Below are positions 9,620 to 19,102 of a stretch of 64,000 nt of DNA, piece by piece. The DNA is from an uncultured candidatus Porisulfidus sp. Its GTDB lineage: Bacteria > Pseudomonadota > Gammaproteobacteria > Poriferisulfidales > Poriferisulfidaceae. The position numbers and the translations under genes were made by a program. Under the pieces are notes generated by a model. The model saw nothing but the letters and a program-made list of their open reading frames with translations, ran no database searches and was not told where the DNA came from. The stretch's first letter is position 1. Every line of letters begins with the position of its first letter. The DNA lies in NCBI GenBank assembly GCA_965116525.1, contig OZ220694.1:180886-244885 (forward strand). The letters run 5' to 3'.

Positions 9620-10840
9620 ATGCGGTTTCTGATCTCGGCTTTCGAGTACGCCCGGGAAACACTGCATCATTTCCGGAAGACCGAAGCCTTCAGCAGCGTC
9701 GTGCTGGTGGCCTCCGCCGCCGCGGCCATGATCCTGACCAATACCGCCGGGCACGAGTGGTACGAACGCTTCATCAATGCGCCGCTTTCCCTGGTGCTCG
9801 GCCCCATCGCCCTGCACAAGACCCTGCTGCTCTGGGTCAACGACCTCCTGATGGCGATTTTCTTCTTCGTCATCGGGCTGGAACTCAAGCGCGAATTCAT
9901 GGAGGGGCACCTGGCCTCACGGGATCGCGTTGTTCTGCCGGCCCTTGCCGCCGTCGGCGGCATGCTGGTGCCGGCCTTGCTGTTCGCCAGCCTCAATTAC
10001 CAGGATCCGGTCGCCATGCGGGGGTGGGCCATCCCCACTGCGACCGATATTGCTTTTTCGCTCGGCGTGCTGATGTTGCTCGGCACGCGGGTTCCGTCCG
10101 GGCTCAAGATATTCCTGTTGGCTCTGGCCATCCTGGATGACCTTGGCGCCGTACTCATCATCGCCCTGTACTACTCGGAAGACCTGTCGATGGAAGCCTT
10201 GCGTTATGCCGCCCTGTGCCTGGCGGTCCTGATCGGATTCAACCGCTTCCGGGTCAACAATTCCGTCCCTTATCTCTTGTTGGGAGTGGTCCTGTGGTAC
10301 TTTGTCCTGAAGTCCGGAGTCCACGCCACCATGGCCGGCATCCTGCTGGCATTCACGATTCCGACCCATGTTCCGCACGACTACCAGTACTCGCCACTGA
10401 CCCGGCTGGAAAACCACTTCCACGGCTGGGTTGCCTTTGGAATCCTTCCCATCTTTGCCTTCTGCAACGCCGGAGTCTACCTGCTGGACACGACCTTCTC
10501 CGACCTGGGCGACTCGCTTACGCTCGGCATCCTGCTGGGATTGCTGGTCGGCAAACCCATCGGGATTTGCCTGTTCGCCGCGCTGGGATTAGCGCTGGGG
10601 CTGGGCTCCCTTCCAAGCGGCGTGCGATGGCCGGCATTTCTCGGCATGTCCTTCCTGTGCGGCATCGGGTTCACCATGAGCCTGTTCGTCTCCACGCTGG
10701 CGCACGGCAACATGCCCGCCTTGATCGTGGAAGACAAGATCGGCATCGTGCTCGGCTCCCTGTTGTCGGCATTGATCGGATTCTTCATCCTGAAGGCGGC
10801 GCTGGGCAAGCCCAAGCCCGAACTTATTGGCACCCCGTAG
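9620..10840 (+). CDS. nhaA: Na+/H+ antiporter NhaA
   Basis: ATG at 9620 (MRFLISAFEYARE...). Twelve-TM profile with the conserved DD motif in ALAILDDLGAV. Confidence 0.9.
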   Translation: MRFLISAFEYARETLHHFRKTEAFSSVVLVASAAAAMILTNTAGHEWYERFINAPLSLVLGPIALHKTLLLWVNDLLMAIFFFVIGLELKREFMEGHLASRDRVVLPALAAVGGMLVPALLFASLNYQDPVAMRGWAIPTATDIAFSLGVLMLLGTRVPSGLKIFLLALAILDDLGAVLIIALYYSEDLSMEALRYAALCLAVLIGFNRFRVNNSVPYLLLGVVLWYFVLKSGVHATMAGILLAFTIPTHVPHDYQYSPLTRLENHFHGWVAFGILPIFAFCNAGVYLLDTTFSDLGDSLTLGILLGLLVGKPIGICLFAALGLALGLGSLPSGVRWPAFLGMSFLCGIGFTMSLFVSTLAHGNMPALIVEDKIGIVLGSLLSALIGFFILKAALGKPKPELIGTP

Positions 10841-10853
10841 GGCGAACTGCGCC

Positions 10854-11879
10854 ATGTCCACATCACTCAAGACCCTGCTGGCCGTCACTTGCCTCGTCAT
10901 CGTGGCGGCAGCCCTGCAGCAGGCGCGCGAGATCGTCGTTCCCTTCCTGCTCGCCGTCTTCATCGCCATTGCCTGCGAACCGCCCATGAAATGGCTGCGG
11001 GGACGCGGATTCCCCAACCTGCTGGCACTGGCGACCGTGATCGCCGGCCTGATTGCCGCCGGAATCGGTTTCGCCGCCCTGATCGGGGCTTCCGTCACCG
11101 GCTTCCGCCAGACCATGCCGACCTATTACGAACAGCTTCGCGAACATGTGGAACACATCGGGCAATGGCTTGCGCAACAGGGCTGGATAGAACTTGATGC
11201 CGGGCTGTCGTCCTACCTGGACCCGTCCTTCTTCCTCAACCTGGTGGCGGACCTTCTCAGCGGGTTCGGCGCACTGCTGACCAATGCCCTGCTGATTCTG
11301 CTTGCGGTCGTATTCATTCTTCTGGAAGCCCTCGAACTGCCGCAAAAGATCCAGCGAGCTTTCAAGAATTCGGATTCCGGTTTTGATCTGAGCCAGTTCA
11401 CCGACAGTGTTAATCGCTACCTCGCCACAAAAACGCTGACCAGCCTCCTGACCGGTGTACTGGTCGCCGGGTGGCTGGCGTTTCTCGGCCTTGACCATGC
11501 CATCCTGTGGGGCCTCGTCGCCTTCCTGCTGAACTACATCCCCAATGTCGGCTCCATTCTGGCCGCCATTCCGGCTGTCCTGCTGGCCTGGCTGCAACTT
11601 GGACCCGCCATGATGGTTCCGGTAATTCTCGGCTATGTCGTCATCAATACGGTCGTCGGCCAGATTCTCGAGGCGCATCTGATGGGCCGTCGCCTGGGCC
11701 TGTCGGTGCTGGTGGTGTTCCTGTCCCTGGTTTTCTGGGGTTGGCTGCTCGGGCCGGTCGGCATGCTGCTGTCGATCCCGCTGACCGTCATCATCAAACT
11801 GGGGCTGGAATCCAGCCCCAACACCCGGGGTGCGGCCATCCTGCTGGGCCCCGCAAAGGAACCGGACAGCCACGCTTGA
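10854..11879 (+). CDS. AI-2E-family (PerM/UPF0118) transporter
   Basis: Polytopic membrane protein carrying the family-typical NYIPNVG segment. Confidence 0.8.
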   Translation: MSTSLKTLLAVTCLVIVAAALQQAREIVVPFLLAVFIAIACEPPMKWLRGRGFPNLLALATVIAGLIAAGIGFAALIGASVTGFRQTMPTYYEQLREHVEHIGQWLAQQGWIELDAGLSSYLDPSFFLNLVADLLSGFGALLTNALLILLAVVFILLEALELPQKIQRAFKNSDSGFDLSQFTDSVNRYLATKTLTSLLTGVLVAGWLAFLGLDHAILWGLVAFLLNYIPNVGSILAAIPAVLLAWLQLGPAMMVPVILGYVVINTVVGQILEAHLMGRRLGLSVLVVFLSLVFWGWLLGPVGMLLSIPLTVIIKLGLESSPNTRGAAILLGPAKEPDSHA

Positions 11880-11947
11880 ACCGTCGCCTGTCGGCCGGGA
11901 AACTTATAGAATCAGTCGCCTACGAATCCGTAGTGCCACTCAGAAAG

Positions 11948-11985
11948 GCCACAAAAGAATCGGGCGCAACCTGATGGCTGCGCCC
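11948..11985 (-). terminator. Rho-independent terminator downstream of the TonB-dependent receptor gene
   Basis: Stem GGGCGCA/TGCGCCC (11962-11968 and 11979-11985) with a 10-nt loop. On the minus-strand RNA it is followed by GAUUCUUUUGUGG. Confidence 0.5.
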
Positions 11986-12027
11986 GACGTGTAGACAATT
12001 CCGCTTGGAAGCGCGGACCTGCAAAAC

Positions 12028-14937
12028 TTAGAAGTTCAGCATGGCCTTGGCGTAATAGAACCCGCCATTGAAATCGAACGGCGTGGATTCGGGGTAGAGG
12101 TTTCCGTAGAATCCTTGGTACCTGTGCCGCGTCGGATCATTGTCGAACAGGTTCTCTGCGCCGAAAGCCACGGCGAGGTTGTCCGTGAAATTGTAGGCCG
12201 CCTCAAAGTCCACGAGTGTGCGAGCCTCGGCTATCATCATGTCGTTGTCCAGACCTGCCCCCGCGTAATCCACGTGAGATCCGTAGTAGCGGATGCGACC
12301 CAAGATCTGCCACGGGCCGGACTCGTGATCGGCCGTCATGGTAAAGCGGACTTTCGGCCGCCCGTCTTCGATGATGTGTTTCTTTTTCGCGTCGATGGTC
12401 CGGGGGTTGAACTCGTCGACTTTCGTCCGGTTCCAGTTCGCTGCGAGGGTCAGCGTAGTCAGCCCGTCCAGGAATTCCATCGGATAGGTCGCCACGACAT
12501 CGATCCCTTCGGTGGTCGTGTCAAAGTCGTTGGCGAAGTATTTCGCTTCGCCGATGGCGTCGATGGCCGGCACCTCGGAGCGCAACGCCTCTCTTTCCGT
12601 CAACGCCTTTTCCAACAGGTCCCTTTCGTCGCCGCTCAGTGCCGTTGGATCATCGTCAACCACTGAGTCCAGGACATGACTGAATTTGCGGGACGCGTCA
12701 CCTGCCATCACGGTGGATGCAGTTTCTGACAAGCCTGCTTTTATTTCGTCAGTGGCGCCCTCAAAATTTGTACTCTTACTTTCGGGGAGACTGACGCAGT
12801 CCCCTGTTGCGCCGACTTTCCTCATCAGCAAGCAATCAATCGGCTCCTTGGAGGTGGATCCGATCCGATCGTCGACCTCGATGTGGTAGTAGTCGATGGT
12901 CAGGTCAAAGCCACCGACATTGATGACGGCACCCAACCCGAAACTGGTCGATTCCTCCGCATCCAGCGGCTCGGCGACCCCTCGCAGTAGTACGTGCGTC
13001 GGGGGCAGCGTGAGCTGGTCGATCAACTGTCCATTCGAAATGCCCGTCGTGACGTTCTGCACATTCGCCTGACCCACCGTTGGCACCCGGAAGCCGGTAC
13101 CGACCGAACCCCGCAGGGCGAGATCTTCCGTCGCCTGGAGACGGGCAGAGAACTTGCCGTCCAAGGTCGAGTCGAATTCTTCCGGATCTTCATGCCGGAC
13201 CGCCAGGCCCAGCAGCAAGTTTTCCGTCACGTCCGACTCGAAGTCGATGTAGGCCCCGACACTGGAACGATCCTCTTTGCCTTCCGCGCAGGGCGGGAAT
13301 CCGGTGAAGCCGTTGGAGCCAACCCCTAAGGCCGAATACTTCGCCCTCAGGTCATCTCGGGCACTGTACGCCTGATATTCCTCGCAGGTCATCGACGCCA
13401 AGTTTGCCGGCTCTTCAAATTCGCCAACACCATCACCGGTCGCTGGATCCACTTCGTAGTAGTCGATGAACCACGAATTAAGATCGCCGCGCTTTGTCTC
13501 GAACTCCTCTTCACGATATTCCACGCCGAATCCGACATGCAGTGGAGAATAGAAGGCATCAACATCGATTTGCGTCGTGAAATCGAGGTTGAACGTGTAG
13601 TCAGTCTCGACGTAGCCGCCCGGGTTGTAGGAGATCGGAATGCCGTTTTCCTGCGCCGCCAGCTGCGGATTGATCGTGTTCTTGATGAAGTGATCGACTT
13701 CGTGTCGGCCATACACGCCACTGAAATCGTAGGTGAAGTCTTCCGCCAATTCTCCGCGAAGACCGAACGCAATGCTCGTATCCTCGACATCGCCGCCGAA
13801 TTGCGGCGTGAAGCCAGCCGGGAACCTGAGGTTGAAGGCGTAGCATCGCTCATCCCCCTCAAGGGCATCCAGACTAGGACCCGAGCCCTGAGCCGAATCA
13901 TCGATGCTAGGCGGCTTGCACGCGGTCTCCTCACCGGTGGGGATTAGCCAAGGCATCTGGTCGATCACGAGGGAGTTCCGCTGCTCGTCAGAGATGGCAT
14001 CAGGAAAAGCCACACCACCTGCGAAAATCCCGGTGCGCCGCCGCGGGCTGCGATAATAAAACCCGCCCTCCACGGTACGCTCGGCGTAGTTGCCAAACGC
14101 ATAGGCTTCATGCAGATCGCCCAAACCGATGGCGGCATTAGCGAACAATTTGTAGTTGTCCTTGATGTCCGGCGCGCCCCAGACCATCGCCGCAGGCGTC
14201 CGCACGTGCGGGTTGCCCGCGTTGATCAGATAGTTTGACCTGTCACTCTGCGAACTGCGACTGGTCGGGTCAGCCTCGTTGTACTCCGCGCTGAGATTCA
14301 AAAATCCGTTTTCCGTCAGCGGGAGGCCGACATTGCCAGCCACCGTGATGTTTTCGCCATCACCGTAGTAGTACTGGCCCCAACGGACATCCATGCTTCC
14401 CCCTTCGGAATCCTCTTTCAGTACGAAGTTGATGATTCCGGCAACCGCGTCGGACCCGTACTGCGCCCCTGCGTTGTCGCGCAGGACTTCCACCCGGTCA
14501 AGGGCGATGGCGGGAATGGCGGAGAGATCGGCACCATGCGCTCCGTCGTTCAGGCCGTTCCCCAAGAACGTGATGACCGAGGACCGGTGACGACGCTTGC
14601 CGTTCACCAGGACCAGCGTCGAATCCGGAGGGAGGCCGCGCATGTTGGCAGGTCGTACCAAGGTCGCCGCATCGCCGATCGGCTCCAGGGCCACGGTAAA
14701 CGACGGCGCTATCCGGGACAGCATGTCCTCCATCCGTGACGAGCCTTGTCGGAGCAGCGCAGTGGAATCAAGCGTATCCACCGGAACCGCCAGATCGGCC
14801 GCCGACCGCTCGTGACTACGAGTACCGACGACAGTGATTTTTTCTGCTTCTTCCTCCTCAGCTAGCACTAAGGTGTTGCCGCAGAAAATCGCGGCCAGGA
14901 AGCAACTGGGAATAGCAAAAAGCTTGGTGAGACGCAT
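12028..14937 (-). CDS. TonB-dependent outer-membrane receptor, 969 aa
   Basis: Signal peptide, N-terminal plug domain, long beta-barrel, and a C-terminal aromatic residue (MLNF). Confidence 0.85.
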   Translation of the reverse strand: MRLTKLFAIPSCFLAAIFCGNTLVLAEEEEAEKITVVGTRSHERSAADLAVPVDTLDSTALLRQGSSRMEDMLSRIAPSFTVALEPIGDAATLVRPANMRGLPPDSTLVLVNGKRRHRSSVITFLGNGLNDGAHGADLSAIPAIALDRVEVLRDNAGAQYGSDAVAGIINFVLKEDSEGGSMDVRWGQYYYGDGENITVAGNVGLPLTENGFLNLSAEYNEADPTSRSSQSDRSNYLINAGNPHVRTPAAMVWGAPDIKDNYKLFANAAIGLGDLHEAYAFGNYAERTVEGGFYYRSPRRRTGIFAGGVAFPDAISDEQRNSLVIDQMPWLIPTGEETACKPPSIDDSAQGSGPSLDALEGDERCYAFNLRFPAGFTPQFGGDVEDTSIAFGLRGELAEDFTYDFSGVYGRHEVDHFIKNTINPQLAAQENGIPISYNPGGYVETDYTFNLDFTTQIDVDAFYSPLHVGFGVEYREEEFETKRGDLNSWFIDYYEVDPATGDGVGEFEEPANLASMTCEEYQAYSARDDLRAKYSALGVGSNGFTGFPPCAEGKEDRSSVGAYIDFESDVTENLLLGLAVRHEDPEEFDSTLDGKFSARLQATEDLALRGSVGTGFRVPTVGQANVQNVTTGISNGQLIDQLTLPPTHVLLRGVAEPLDAEESTSFGLGAVINVGGFDLTIDYYHIEVDDRIGSTSKEPIDCLLMRKVGATGDCVSLPESKSTNFEGATDEIKAGLSETASTVMAGDASRKFSHVLDSVVDDDPTALSGDERDLLEKALTEREALRSEVPAIDAIGEAKYFANDFDTTTEGIDVVATYPMEFLDGLTTLTLAANWNRTKVDEFNPRTIDAKKKHIIEDGRPKVRFTMTADHESGPWQILGRIRYYGSHVDYAGAGLDNDMMIAEARTLVDFEAAYNFTDNLAVAFGAENLFDNDPTRHRYQGFYGNLYPESTPFDFNGGFYYAKAMLNF

Positions 14938-15006
14938 GGTTGACCCTCGCTAGCATCAGATACCGCCTATCTTACACAAATTCTTCATTTGTCCCCCCTC
15001 TCCCTC

Positions 15007-16365
15007 TCACATCTTGTATCTTTCCAGAACCTCCCGCATGGCTGCAGCCTTGTCCAGACATTCCTGGTACTCCGCCTGCACTTGCGAGCCATGCGTCAAC
15101 CCGCCCCCCGCATACAGGCTGGTCTCCCCTGCCGTCTGTACCATCGTGCGGATCGCGATGCTGCTGTCCATGTTCCCGTCGAAACCGACATAGGCGAGGC
15201 TCCCGCAATACACGCCTCTCGGTTTCGGCTCCAATTCCTCGATGATTTCCATGGCCCGGCGCTTCGGAGCCCCGGTGATTGATCCACCGGGGAAACATCC
15301 CTCAAGAAGATCCAACGCCGTCCGGCCCTCTTGCAGCATCCCCGTGACTGTGCTGATCAAGTGGTGCACCGTGGCAAAACTCTCGACCTTGAACAGATCC
15401 GGCACCTCGACCGTTCCCGATGCACAGTTCTTGCTCAGGTCGTTGCGCAACAGATCCACAATCATCAGATTCTCGGCACGGTCCTTCACGCTTTCCCTCA
15501 ATTCATTGCACTGCTCTTCTTCCTGCCCGGGAATGCGGCGGGCCGTCCCCTTGATGGGGCGGGTCTCGACTCGCCCGTCGATGACTTCCAAAAATCGTTC
15601 CGGAGAGGCGCTGGCGATTTCAAGCTCCGGATGATTGAAGTAGGCAGAGAAAGGCGCCGGATTAACCGTCCGGCTGTATTGGTAGGCCGTCCATAACCGG
15701 CCTTCGCTCGGTGCTGAAAAGCGTTGCGCCAGATTGACCTGGTAGCAATCTCCCGCCTCGATGTAGTTTTGGACAGCCTGAAACGCTTCCCCATAAGCTT
15801 CTTGCGTGAAATCCGAATGCAGCGGCTCCAACAATCGGTATGGTTGTTCTCGATCAGGAGACTCGTCGAGCAATCGGGCACACAAATCCTCCCAGACCAG
15901 CCGGGTCGCAGGAATTCGGTCGTGCGTCGCCAGATAGCAACGTTGTTCCTGATGGTCACTGACAACCGACCAGTCGTACAAACCCACTGCCAGTTCCGGA
16001 TAATCCGGCATGCCGGTTCGGGGAGCGGTCAGACCGACACACGCCCGGCCAAGCTCGTACGACAGATACCCGATCGCACCGCCGCAGAAGGGAATCTGCG
16101 CATCTCCCTCTGTCGGCGGCCCAAGCAGTTCAGCAAGCAGACTGAAGGGATTACCGCGCAAGGCCTGCTTTTCGCCTCCCCGCGTTAAAACCGCCTGTCG
16201 GCCGGTGCATTCGAGAGTTGCATACGGCTCGGCCGCAAAAATGTCAAAGCGGCCTTGCCCGCTTTGATCATGGCAGCTGTCAAGTAGAACCGCCCAGGGA
16301 CGGTCGGCAAACCTACTGAAGCGGCGTGTCGGGTCCGCCTGCCACGGCAACTCAACGACACGCAT
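15007..16365 (-). CDS. pabB: Aminodeoxychorismate synthase component I (PabB-like chorismate-utilising enzyme)
   Basis: ATG at 16363-16365 (MRVVELPWQ). The PIKGT motif and chorismate-binding C-domain are present. At 453 aa it is PabB-sized, not TrpE-sized. Confidence 0.7.
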   Translation of the reverse strand: MRVVELPWQADPTRRFSRFADRPWAVLLDSCHDQSGQGRFDIFAAEPYATLECTGRQAVLTRGGEKQALRGNPFSLLAELLGPPTEGDAQIPFCGGAIGYLSYELGRACVGLTAPRTGMPDYPELAVGLYDWSVVSDHQEQRCYLATHDRIPATRLVWEDLCARLLDESPDREQPYRLLEPLHSDFTQEAYGEAFQAVQNYIEAGDCYQVNLAQRFSAPSEGRLWTAYQYSRTVNPAPFSAYFNHPELEIASASPERFLEVIDGRVETRPIKGTARRIPGQEEEQCNELRESVKDRAENLMIVDLLRNDLSKNCASGTVEVPDLFKVESFATVHHLISTVTGMLQEGRTALDLLEGCFPGGSITGAPKRRAMEIIEELEPKPRGVYCGSLAYVGFDGNMDSSIAIRTMVQTAGETSLYAGGGLTHGSQVQAEYQECLDKAAAMREVLERYKM

Positions 16366-17392
16366 GTTCGAGCCGGTACAACTCGGCAACGGAATAAGCC
16401 GGCAGGCAGTCCGCCAAGGTGAAGACTCCCTCCGTGGCGACGCGGGACTTGAGCAGGACATCAATGTCCTGGTATACCAAGCCGCAACGATCAGCAAGCG
16501 ATGGCAGTAAAAACCGTCCGGTGCCCGCACCAACCAGAACTCCTGACGAACCCTCGGACGTGTGCACAATTAGGCTCTCCAGGATCCGGTTCCGCTGCAG
16601 GCCGGCGAAAGTCCGCGCCAACTGAATCCATTCGCTCAGGTCCGCGCCCTCTTCACAGTCTCGCCCGATCATCCGGGCGATCCGTCGAGCCGACTCGAAT
16701 TCGGAACACCCGGCACCATCTGCCGCATCGAAGGGATACAGACTGTCCGGCAATTGCCCGAGCAGGTTGTAGACATCCGCAGTCGTCGCAAAATGTTCCG
16801 CCATCAGGTTGCAGGGAGTCCCACCCACTTCTATCCGAGTCGCCAGACTCATCAGCGGCGTCCGGGCCACGCCGGTGTACAGGAGTTCCTGACAGGCCAG
16901 ACGCTCCGCGTCGCTGAATCCGGTCGCCGCCGCTTGGTTCTTCCGAATCCGGACCAGGTCCGTCGTGGTACTCCCGACATCCACGAACACGCCCTGCTCG
17001 GCGAAGCGGGCGACCAGCCGGGCCGAGGCATACCAGTTCATGGAGCCGATCAGGTGTGTTCGTTGGCTCGGGTCCTCCACGAACTCCGAACCCGCCGAGA
17101 AATAAGAGAGGACATCGCCGGACAGAACCTGTGCGAGGCAATTAACGATTCGGCGCACTCCTTCAGCGCGCGTCGGGAAAATGTCCGCCAACTCCCCCGT
17201 CATCGTGACGGCGTGCCGCAAACCCTGCCCGCCCGCCTCCTCGCGAATTCCGCTCACCGCCTCCGCAAAACGGTCCAAGCCTTTCCACAGCGGCACCATC
17301 CGATGCCAGACCTGCAGGGCCCGCCCGCTTTTATCCACCTGCACCGCCTTGACGTGGGCGCCCCCGATGTCCCAGCCCATGACATCGCTCAT
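16352..17392 (-). CDS. Hydantoinase/oxoprolinase-like protein, resembling the H4MPT-linked C1-transfer-pathway proteins
   Basis: N-terminus MSDVMGWDIGGAHVKAV has an ASKHA/hydantoinase-like glycine-rich start. Its start ATG overlaps the ATP-grasp stop (ATGA), and its stop overlaps the pabB start by 14 nt. Confidence 0.55.
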   Translation of the reverse strand: MSDVMGWDIGGAHVKAVQVDKSGRALQVWHRMVPLWKGLDRFAEAVSGIREEAGGQGLRHAVTMTGELADIFPTRAEGVRRIVNCLAQVLSGDVLSYFSAGSEFVEDPSQRTHLIGSMNWYASARLVARFAEQGVFVDVGSTTTDLVRIRKNQAAATGFSDAERLACQELLYTGVARTPLMSLATRIEVGGTPCNLMAEHFATTADVYNLLGQLPDSLYPFDAADGAGCSEFESARRIARMIGRDCEEGADLSEWIQLARTFAGLQRNRILESLIVHTSEGSSGVLVGAGTGRFLLPSLADRCGLVYQDIDVLLKSRVATEGVFTLADCLPAYSVAELYRLEHACR

Positions 17393-18318
17393 GCCGGAAC
17401 CCCCGCACAGTCGAAGACTCGGAGCATGCGCTCGGCGAGCGGCACCGACAGCCCGGCATACGTCAGGGTCAGACGCGGGTTGATCTCCAGCACGGTCAGC
17501 GAATCCCCCTGCCACATTCCGTCCACGCCGATGTACCCCCGCAGGCCTGGCACTGCGGCCATGATCCGGGAGGCCACGACCAGTGCCGCCTCCCTGAATT
17601 CCGGGTCCACATCGAGCTCACCGGTTTCAATCCCATGCACATGCAGCCGTCCCTTCCGATTCTCGCAATGAATTCTATTGCAGGACAGGACTTCCACTTC
17701 ACTTTCCCCGGCCAACAGGCTCAGGCTGACGGCCTCTCCGGGAACCCAAGGCTGCCACACCCACGGACTCTCAGGGTCCAAAGCCGGCAAGCCGGGCTCC
17801 GCACCCAGCACGAACGTTTCCTCGCAGCCGGCCCCATAACGCGGCTTGATCACGCCTTGCTCGGGCAGTGGCTCCGGCGGAGTCCACACCCGCGTATCTA
17901 CTGCGGGGATGCCAGCTGCCTGAAGTTGGCGGTTGAGCGCCCATTTGTCTGCAGCCAAGTGAATCGCATCGAGCGAGCAATTCAAATTCTTCCGATCTTC
18001 GTCCAGCACTTCCTCACACAGGTGCTCAAGCTGGCCTTCACTTTCAGGCGCGATCACCAAAACCGCATCGCAGTGGCGAACGAGGTCCAGCCAGGCATCG
18101 TGCCACGGACCACCGGGATTCCGGCCCTGCACCCCTTCGGGCAAGTCGAATGCGAACCGTTCCTCAATCAGGGTATAAACTTGCACCGGATCCGGCAGAC
18201 GCGAGAAGTCCACGAGTGCCGCCCGCAGCATCTCTTGCCCCTGCCGAAGCAGGTCCGGGGGCGGCGAGTCGCCCTGAAAGCCTCCACCGCAAACGTACTC
18301 AAAAATAAAAACCTTCAT
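17389..18318 (-). CDS. ATP-grasp domain protein
   Basis: ATG at 18316-18318 (MKVFIFEYVCGGG). The C-terminus LEINPR is a typical ATP-grasp signature. Confidence 0.65.
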   Translation of the reverse strand: MKVFIFEYVCGGGFQGDSPPPDLLRQGQEMLRAALVDFSRLPDPVQVYTLIEERFAFDLPEGVQGRNPGGPWHDAWLDLVRHCDAVLVIAPESEGQLEHLCEEVLDEDRKNLNCSLDAIHLAADKWALNRQLQAAGIPAVDTRVWTPPEPLPEQGVIKPRYGAGCEETFVLGAEPGLPALDPESPWVWQPWVPGEAVSLSLLAGESEVEVLSCNRIHCENRKGRLHVHGIETGELDVDPEFREAALVVASRIMAAVPGLRGYIGVDGMWQGDSLTVLEINPRLTLTYAGLSVPLAERMLRVFDCAGVPA

Positions 18319-19012
18319 GCCCATGTGCCACATTATTCCCGTGCTTGACATCCGACAGGGACAGGTCGTGCAGGCCACGGGAGGCGACCGCGCGCTCTAT
18401 GAGCCGATCCAGTCCGCCCTGACCCGCAGCGTGGACCCTGTCCAGGTGGTCGATGACCTGCTTCGATTCGCTCCTTTTCCAGTTTTCTATCTGGCCGATC
18501 TTGACGCCATCATGGGCAAGCCCGCCCAATGCCGGCTCATTGTAGAACTATGCCGCCGCCACCCCGGCGTCGAGTTCTGGGTGGATGCCGGGCCGCTCCC
18601 GGAGCCGGAAGAGACCCTCCCGGGCAATTTTCGCCCGGTTCTCGGGACCGAATTTGCGTGCGATTGGGCCCACCACGACGACCGTGTGATCCTGTCGCTC
18701 GACTTCGACCGGGAAGGCCTGCGCGGCGGTGCCGGAATCTGGGCAGAGCCTGACTCCTGGCCTGCCCGCGTCATCGTCATGTGCCTGCACCGGGTCGGCT
18801 CCCTGGAAGGGCCGGATTTCGAACTTTTGGAGCAAATCCGGATGATCCGGCCTGATTGCAGGCTAACCGCAGCCGGTGGAGTCCGGAATGCGGACGACGC
18901 CCAACGACTTCTGGACGCCGGGATGGACGCCCTGGTGGCCAGCGTGCTGCACCAAGGGCGAATTTCTGCCGAGGAAATCCAGCAAATCCAAGCTAGCTGC
19001 ACCGCCTTATAA
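18317..19012 (+). CDS. HisA/HisF-related TIM-barrel protein
   Basis: MPMCHIIPVLDIRQGQVV and a later ...AAGGVRNADDA segment resemble the ProFAR-isomerase family. It is divergent from the ATP-grasp gene. Confidence 0.65.
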   Translation: MPMCHIIPVLDIRQGQVVQATGGDRALYEPIQSALTRSVDPVQVVDDLLRFAPFPVFYLADLDAIMGKPAQCRLIVELCRRHPGVEFWVDAGPLPEPEETLPGNFRPVLGTEFACDWAHHDDRVILSLDFDREGLRGGAGIWAEPDSWPARVIVMCLHRVGSLEGPDFELLEQIRMIRPDCRLTAAGGVRNADDAQRLLDAGMDALVASVLHQGRISAEEIQQIQASCTAL

Positions 19013-19031
19013 TGATGAAAGCCGGGAGGCC

Positions 19032-19056
19032 GTAAAACCAACCTGGTTGGTTTTAC
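19032..19056 (+). terminator. Stem-loop GTAAAACCAACC / GGTTGGTTTTAC after the HisA-like gene
   Basis: Near-perfect 11-12 bp inverted repeat followed by CGATTTCC. A TATAAT hexamer at 19069-19074 could be the moaB promoter. Confidence 0.45.
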
Positions 19057-19102
19057 CGATTTCCAGAATATAATCAATACTTCAGGAAACAGCCATAACT
19101 CA

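Noticed and set aside
14938-15006. Fur box upstream of the TonB-dependent receptor
   Set aside because: AAATGAAGAATTTGTGTAAGATA is only a weak hexamer-level match. It is reported only as a generic inverted repeat (ACAAAT-N5-ATTTGT).
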